The notes beneath the pieces are model-generated. The model had not been told where the DNA came from. It made no database searches and saw nothing but the letters and a program-made list of their open reading frames with translations. A program made the translations under genes and the position numbers. A DNA stretch of 64,000 nt from Malacoraja senta (lineage: Eukaryota). The stretch covers positions 17,114,001 to 17,178,000 of the forward strand of contig CM075989.1 of assembly GCA_038087875.1 (NCBI GenBank), read 5' to 3'. This document shows, one piece after another, positions 57,166-64,000 of the stretch. How positions within the stretch are numbered: position 1 is the first letter of the stretch; each line of letters opens with the position of its first letter.

Positions 57166-58984
57166 ACTCAACTGGTTGATCATATAAACACAATTTTACT
57201 TTCCATAACGAGGAACCAGATTTGTGTTTATGCAATATTTTCCTGCTCAAGATATTCTAAAGAACGTCATGGCAAATTAAATGCTTCTCTGTGCCATTTC
57301 TTAAATTCTCAAGAAAAATATGTTTGCTTCATTTCTAAATGAGCAGTATCAGCTTTAATTTTTATTTTAATGACGAGGCATTCTCCAATAACTGGGAGGA
57401 GGGGAGCCACCAGTAAGTGTGACTTAGACCATCTCTATTGCACAGGGGAATGAGAATAGTTCCATTAAGTCAGTGGGAGGGCTGAGGCTATATCCAATTG
57501 TTTGGATGAGTGTTACCATCTGGAGTTATTAGGTTAAGTGAAGCCATCACTGGTAGATGCAAGGAATGGAACCAATTTTGGGCAATGTGTGAGGCATGTT
57601 TTTGGGAGGAGTGTCAGATGGAACTGCAGATGCTGGTTTGTAACAAAAATAGACACAAAGAACAGTCGGAAAAAGGGTTCCGACCCGAGACATCACCCAT
57701 CCTTTTTATCCAGAGTTGCTGCCTGACCCGCTGAGTTACTCCAGCACTTTGTGTGTCAGGGGTTATGGGGAGAAGGCAGGAGAAAGGAGTTAAGAGGGAA
57801 ATGTAGATCAGCCATGATTGAATGGCAGGGTAGACTTGATGGTCCGAATGACCCAATTTTAGCTCCTATCACTTTATGAACATATGAACATGAAATTTGT
57901 GTCTATTTTTGGGTGTCTATTTACTCAGGGGGGAATAAAGTCGATAGGAGGAGTGAAATAGTCTGAGCTGGTGGGGGCAACAGGTAGCTTTATGCCTCTT
58001 GATTTCCTATATAATAGTAACTACACCTCAAGAAGTATTTTGTATGGCGTGAAGTGCTTCAGAATGCTTTGAGAAGATGTTGCACCCACACAAATTTGGT
58101 TGCTCATTGGGCCGGTGGGCCGAATGGCCTAATTCTGCTCCTATAACGTATGAACATTGTAGAACGTAAAAATGTGTTTAAATGATCGGTCATTCCAATC
58201 ACATACTGTAGATTCCTCACAGGGTGAGTTGGGTTAAAATTGTCCGCCGTTTTTTCTGGCAAATGAATATTTTGATTTTGATTATTGTCGTCTAGTATTT
58301 GACATTCCTTAAGTCCCTGACAAATTGGACATTCACCCTGTTGCAAATCATTTGGTTCAATAGAGAATGGATTTGATAGGAATGGATGACAATGCCACTG
58401 TCAATTCCAGCAACGGTTTCTGGGAATCATCAATAACCCATCATGCTACTAATGAAGAAATAAGTGACAGTGTGTGTGGTATGTCTTCTGATTATATTTC
58501 AGTCACAAATGATTAGGTACCTAAGGCTGCTTTGTTAACAATTGTAAGCTTTCCTCTGGGAGTGGAGGTTAGTACATGAGGTTAGAAATAACTGCCTCCT
58601 GGCTATTATTACAGTAACACCTGGTCAATTAGGACCAATTTGTATTCAAAGTCAAAATACAAAATTCAACCAAGCAAAGGAACTCTTTAATATTGAATGT
58701 GACCTTGTTCAATAGAGGTAGTGCTCTCTTGTTATGTTAGAAGATTGTGGGTCTAAGATACCTAAACCAACAACCAAACACAAACCTGAGCTGACACTTC
58801 AGAGTATTACTCTCAGATGCAGTGTCCTTCAGGAGAAATATCAAATCCTGGAGTAGGTAACAGATCCATGTTTGAAAATGAGCAAGTGTTCTGGTTTTCA
58901 CCAACATTATGAAGACATCTTTGAAGACAGGACCTTCCTATTACTTTAGTTTAGAGCTACAGACTAAACTAGGAAACAGTTTTA

Positions 58985-59282
58985 AAACAGGCCCTTCCGC
59001 CCACCGAGTCCATGCTGACCAGCGATCCCCGTGCATTAGCACAATCTTACACACACACACGAGGGACAGTTTACAATCTTTACCAAAGCTGATTAACCTG
59101 CAAACCTGTACGTCTGTACGTCTGTACGTCTGTACGTCTTACGGAACCCATAGCACGCGGGAAAACCCACGCGGTCACTGGGAGAATGTACAAACTCCGT
59201 ACAGACAGCACCCGTAGTCAGGATCGAACCTGGGTCTCTGGCGTTGTAAGGCAGCAACTCTACCGCTGCGCCACCGTGCTGC
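58985..59282 (-). mobile_element. HE1/V-SINE-type SINE with internal (CTGTACGT)4 expansion
   Basis: SINE modules; 8-bp tandem at about 59106-59138. Confidence 0.8.
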
Positions 59283-60089
59283 TCTAAACGTTCCTGTACA
59301 CAAATGTGTCGCAACATTTTCTACAAGGGTGTTCGCATTTCAAAAGATCTTCAGCTCTGGAAGGCTGAGGAGGAAGAAGGTATCCCATCACCACAACAAC
59401 CTCTGCACAAAGCATCTTATTCTCAGTGAAGTATTTGGAAGTGTTATAACACTGATCTATTTTTCAAGCGGGGCTACTTCAGTGTCAAAGCCAATGAACT
59501 AATTTGGTGTTTACTAATTTGCAACAACAGAATATTCCAGAACAACTCCCGTAACTAATACAATGTCTGGTTATGCAATAAAACACCATCCGATATGATA
59601 CTGCATCAAAGATTATTCTTTCCCTCTGCTCTACCTATTGTGCCTGAGTTTTGGCTCAATTGTTCTTATGAAGAGTATTATCTGATTTGATTGGATTGCA
59701 TGCAAATCAAAGCTTTTCTTTGTATTTCGGTACACCTGACAATAATAAACCTAAACCTAATTATTGCAGAAAAGAAAAGCATTTGGTGAACGAGGTAACA
59801 TGTTGGCACAAATAGAAATGTAGCTGCCTAACTGGAGACAGGGAGTGAGCATAGATGGCTCTGTCTCTGGTTGCCAAGATGTAACAAGTGGAGTTCCAAA
59901 GGGATAGGTGCTGAGGCCTCAACCTTTTACATTTTATGTGAATACCATTAATCAGTCCTGACCTATTGAATGACAGAGCAGACTCCAGGGGTCACTCCAT
60001 TGCTCCTATTATAAATGTTTATTTGTTATAAAACCCCCTGCCTCATCTGTGGAAGAACCCACGAATACCACGTTAACCTCAGCATTCAC

Positions 60090-60385
60090 AGCGCAGCTGG
60101 CGGAGCTGTTGTCTCACAACACCAGAGATCTATTTTCGACCCCATCCTTGGATGCTGTCTACGTGTAGTTTGCACATTCTCCCTATGACAGCGAGGATAT
60201 CCTCCGGGTGCTCCGGTTTCCTCCCACATCCCAAAGGCATGCAGGTTTGCAGATTAATTGGCCTCTGTAAATTGCCCCCAGCTTGTAGCAAGTGGATGAG
60301 AAAGTGGGATAGCACAGAACCAGTGTGAATGGGTGATCGATGGTCAGCATGGACACAATGGGCAGAAGGGCCTTTTTCCACTCAA
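60090..60385 (+). mobile_element. Older HE1/V-SINE-type SINE
   Basis: CTCCGGGTGCTCCGGTTTCCTCCCACATCCCAAAG body and GAAGGGCCT tail. Confidence 0.7.
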
Positions 60386-60897
60386 TTCAATTAAATTCAA
60401 TTCACCTCCAAACCTCCAAGCTTGGACTGGAAACAAGGAATTCTCAAATCCAAATGACTGCATAAGGAGGGAAGGAGGCAGTTCAACTGTTCATTGATTG
60501 TCCTGTTCTTTATCTTGTCCCTCAATCTAGCACCATTCTGCTGTTTTGAACTCATCATTGTATTTATTGTTGTGATTATCATTACTGTATGCATATTGTT
60601 TACTTTGTGTGCTTTATGTGAACAAGGAATTTCATTGCACCCTGGCCTATATTATAATAAACTAATCTGAATCAGAATTTGTTGAATATCTAGATTTGCG
60701 GGTGAATGTAAGGGCAGGGAATTTTGTGCACAGTGTTTCAGTTATAGTTACTGTGCATCAGAGACAATGCCCCAGGCATGATAAACCCCTGCCCTAAATT
60801 TACTGTAGACTTCACGATGTGCAGCACAGTGTTCCAAAAGCAGCATAATGGTGAAGCAGGTAGAGCTGGTACCCGCAGCTCCAGTGCTGTTGGTTCA

Positions 60898-61212
60898 ATA
60901 GACTATAGACAATAGGTGCAGGAGTAGGCCATTTGGCCCTTCGAGCCAGCACCGCCATTCACTGTGATCATGGCTGATCATCCACATCAGTACCCCGTTC
61001 CTGCCTTCTCCCCATATCCCCTGACTCCGCTATCTTTAGGAGTTTTATCTAACTCTCTCTTGAAAGCATCCAGAGAATTGGCCTCCACTGCCTTCTGAGG
61101 CAGAGAATTCCACAGATTCACAACCCTCTGTGTGAAAAAGTTTTCTCTCATCTCTGTTCTAAATGGCTTACCCCTTATTCTTAAACTGTAGCCACTGGTT
61201 CTGGACTCCCCC
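60898..61212 (-). mobile_element. CR1-type 3' fragment nested in an old SINE head
   Basis: AATAGGTGCAGGAGTAGGCCATT..GAATTCCACAGATTCAC; related to 43075-43728. Confidence 0.8.
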
Positions 61213-61932
61213 GATCCTGACCTCCGGTGTTTACAGACCTGTTATCCTGCTGCATAACAATGAAGAATTTAATTGTTGCATTTCGACTAGACTCTCTTGA
61301 GTGTGGAGATTCCAAATTCTCCCTGTGGCAAAGATTCCCTCCGTGTGCTCCGGTTTCTTCTCACATCAAGGAGATGTGTGAATTGGTAGATTAATTGGTC
61401 ATTGTAACAGGTGACTGGAGTAGGTGAGTTGGGAGGAGAATCTGAGTAGAATTCCTGGGTGGGTGAGGAGGAATAAATTACTGGGAGATAGATAGAGCAG
61501 TGGGATTGTTGGGAATCCTCCAAGAACTAGCACAAACCGCATGAGCCGAATTATCTCATTCTGAGTCATAAGGAAATGTACACATGTGTATGTGGTTTCA
61601 CCGTTGACCTCTCCATTTTAGCACAGTCAGAACAACCGGTCACAGAGGTCACACACAGATTTTTCAGTGAAATTAGAAACTCACCTCGTACTCCTTTATA
61701 TCTCCAAACCTGAACTTAAATTTCACCCTCAAAAAATCGCACTGTACTCGAAATGTTTTGAAAGCTCATGATTTTTGAAGAGTTGCTCTTTTGGAAAATG
61801 AGTGAAACCGTGGCGAGAATGTGCCAGTTACAATACACTACATGCAACATGGAGGTGCTGTTTAAGTGCATTCGAGTAGTGAGTGATGTCATCCACTCTC
61901 AAAGTCTCCCAGTGATGCTCGAAACAGTGAAA

Positions 61933-62275
61933 GCCCTGGATAGAGTGGATGTGGAGAGGATGTTTCCATTCGTGGGAGAGTCTAGGACCAGAGGTCATAG
62001 CCTCAGAATAAAAGGACGTTTTTTTTAGGAAGGAGATGAGGAGGAATTTATTTTGCCAGAGGGTGGTGAATCTGTGGAATCCATTGCCACAGATGGCTGT
62101 GGAGGCCAAGTCAATGGATATTTTTTAAGGCAGAGATAGATAGATTCTTAATTACTATGGGTGTCAGAGGTTATGGGGAGAAGGCAGGAGAATGAGGTTA
62201 AGAGGCATAGACTGATCAGCCATGATTGAATGCAGAGTAGACTTGAAGGGGCAAATGACCTAATTCTGCTTCTAT
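61933..62275 (+). mobile_element. CR1-type 3' fragment
   Basis: LDRVDVERMFPFVGESRTRGHSLRIKG plus tail. Confidence 0.85.
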
Positions 62276-63574
62276 CCCTCCTAGCCAGTGATTCAATGGT
62301 TCATTAATATTGACACTTTTACAACCAAATGCACCACACTTCACACTTCATTTTTTTACTCAACATATAATTGTTTCTTGGTACAAACATAGTGAATTTG
62401 GATATTTCCCCTGATTTAGATTTATAGTCATACAGACATACAATGTAGAAACAGGCCCTTCGGCCCAACTTGCCCACACTAACCAACGTATGCCATCTAC
62501 ACTGATCCAACAGCCAGCATTTGACCGTAAACCTGTCCTATCTGCCTTATTTGTGTATCTAGCTAATCCAATCCATTTTCCCTCCCTCGGGTATTTGATG
62601 CAACAATCTGTACACACGCAGATATTAGTTTTGTTCAGGCATAGATATTCTTGGCAAAAGCAATCAAGCAGCCAAAATGCTTTCCTTTACTGTTTGACAT
62701 TTCAAAGGTATTAAATACAGCAGTTCTTCCTGAAATCATTCTCCTTTGGGGAAATGAGCCCAGACACCCAATTGTGAATTCTCACAGTTATCTATTCTTT
62801 GTTTACCACCTTGCTAAAACACAGCGCGGCCAAAATATCTACAGTTGTCTGCAGGGAGATACTGTAAGTTTTCCCATTTCCACCATCCTTCTCATTTGTG
62901 GTCGTCTCAGGCAATTACTGTCCTTTTGCTTGCTTCAGAATTTCATTTCAGTTATTGGGGTCAATACACAGGGCTTTCGCAGCAACTAAAGTGCACTCTG
63001 CAAAGATTTCTGTGTCAGTAATTACTTTTATATCTCGTGCTAAAGTCCATAGGAAAGGTGCCTCTCTACAATGCATTTCCTCTCTGCATTATGTCTCTGC
63101 CGATCTTTCAGTGAAGCAGTAAGGTGTTCAAGTTTACTTTTCCTCGGGTTACTTACAGCGGGTAATTTCTGGTGAAAAGTGCACATGCTGCTACCGTATG
63201 TAATTGTATTAGCGCTTAAAAGCAGAACACATTGCGGTCAGTCATCATATGTGATTCATTAAACACAACGAAAAGCTCATCAGTCCACTGGTGCCAAAAC
63301 TTCTAGCTTTCATCTTTCAGAGCACGAAGCTTTCTCTTTGGCTGGCTCATGTTTAACCCTATTACACTCATGAATTTATCTAACCTCCTCCTTTTCTGTA
63401 GTTGTTGTAGGTCTAGCTTTCTTCATTTTGTTGATTTCCACAGTTCTGATCTTGTTTTGTTTTTCCACCTTCCGAGTCTCTCTTAATGGAATTAAGAATT
63501 AATCGATTCATCCTCAATGGGCCAAAAAATAACATGGCCACACAATGGACTGAACACCCTGGTTGTACAGGTTA

Positions 63575-63705
63575 AAAGGAACTGCAGGTGCTTGTTTACA
63601 ACAAAAAAAAGACACTAAGTGCTGGAGTAACTCAGCAGGTCAGGCAGCATCACTGGAGAACATAGATAGGTGACGCTTCGGGTCGGGACGCTTCTTCAGA
63701 TTATA
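63575..63705 (-). mobile_element. Penelope-derived terminal repeat with degenerate hammerhead motif
   Basis: Minus strand TCTGAAGAAGCGTCCCGACCCGAAGCGTCACC. Confidence 0.7.
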
Positions 63706-63769
63706 AGGAATGGGGGGAAGGGAAGAACACTGGAATAGAGGAAGAGCAGATCGAACCGTGGCAGGTTAG

Positions 63770-64000
63770 TTGTGCTGCACTGTAGAAACTACTTTGACTG
63801 GCTGCCTCATGACCTGTGGTGATTCCATACACAGGAACACAAGAGGCTACCAGAGAGCATTGGACACATCATGGGCAAAACCCTCCCACCATCAATATGA
63901 GGTGGTGCCTGAAAGTTGGCGTCTATCATCAAAGATCCAGGCCAGGCCCTCTTCGATCTTCAGTTGGGCAGGAGGTACAGAAGCCTGAAGTCCCACAGAC
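63770..64000 (+). mobile_element. Degraded Rex1/Babar-type fragment running off the window
   Basis: CTVETTLTGC.. and GGGCAGGAGGTACAGAAGCCTGAAG (GRRYRSLK). Confidence 0.6.

Overview
Eukaryotic, repeat-dominated non-coding DNA, almost certainly from a cartilaginous fish (elasmobranch, probably a skate or ray). This is inferred from about 28 copies of an HE1/V-SINE-type tRNA-derived SINE plus CR1, Rex1/Babar, Tx1, L2, RTE and Penelope-like debris. I found no supportable host-gene exon. The largest elements are a near full-length L1 on the minus strand (43885-50154; intact ORF1, ORF2 with one frameshift and one nonsense codon, flanked by a 99-bp duplication), a 5'-truncated L2 with an open RT frame (36168-37608), and young CR1 3' ends. 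PIF/Harbinger-type and hAT-type MITEs are also present, with a 200-N gap at 42131-42330. The most interesting signals are RNA structures. (1) A 187-bp insertion with a 13-bp target-site duplication (5719-5905, minus) begins exactly with an HDV-like double-pseudoknot ribozyme fold. (2) An abundant Penelope-derived repeat carries a minimal hammerhead motif and repeatedly inserts as fold-back hairpins with 11-14 bp TSDs. Family names come from motif recognition, not database searches, and most repeat boundaries are approximate.
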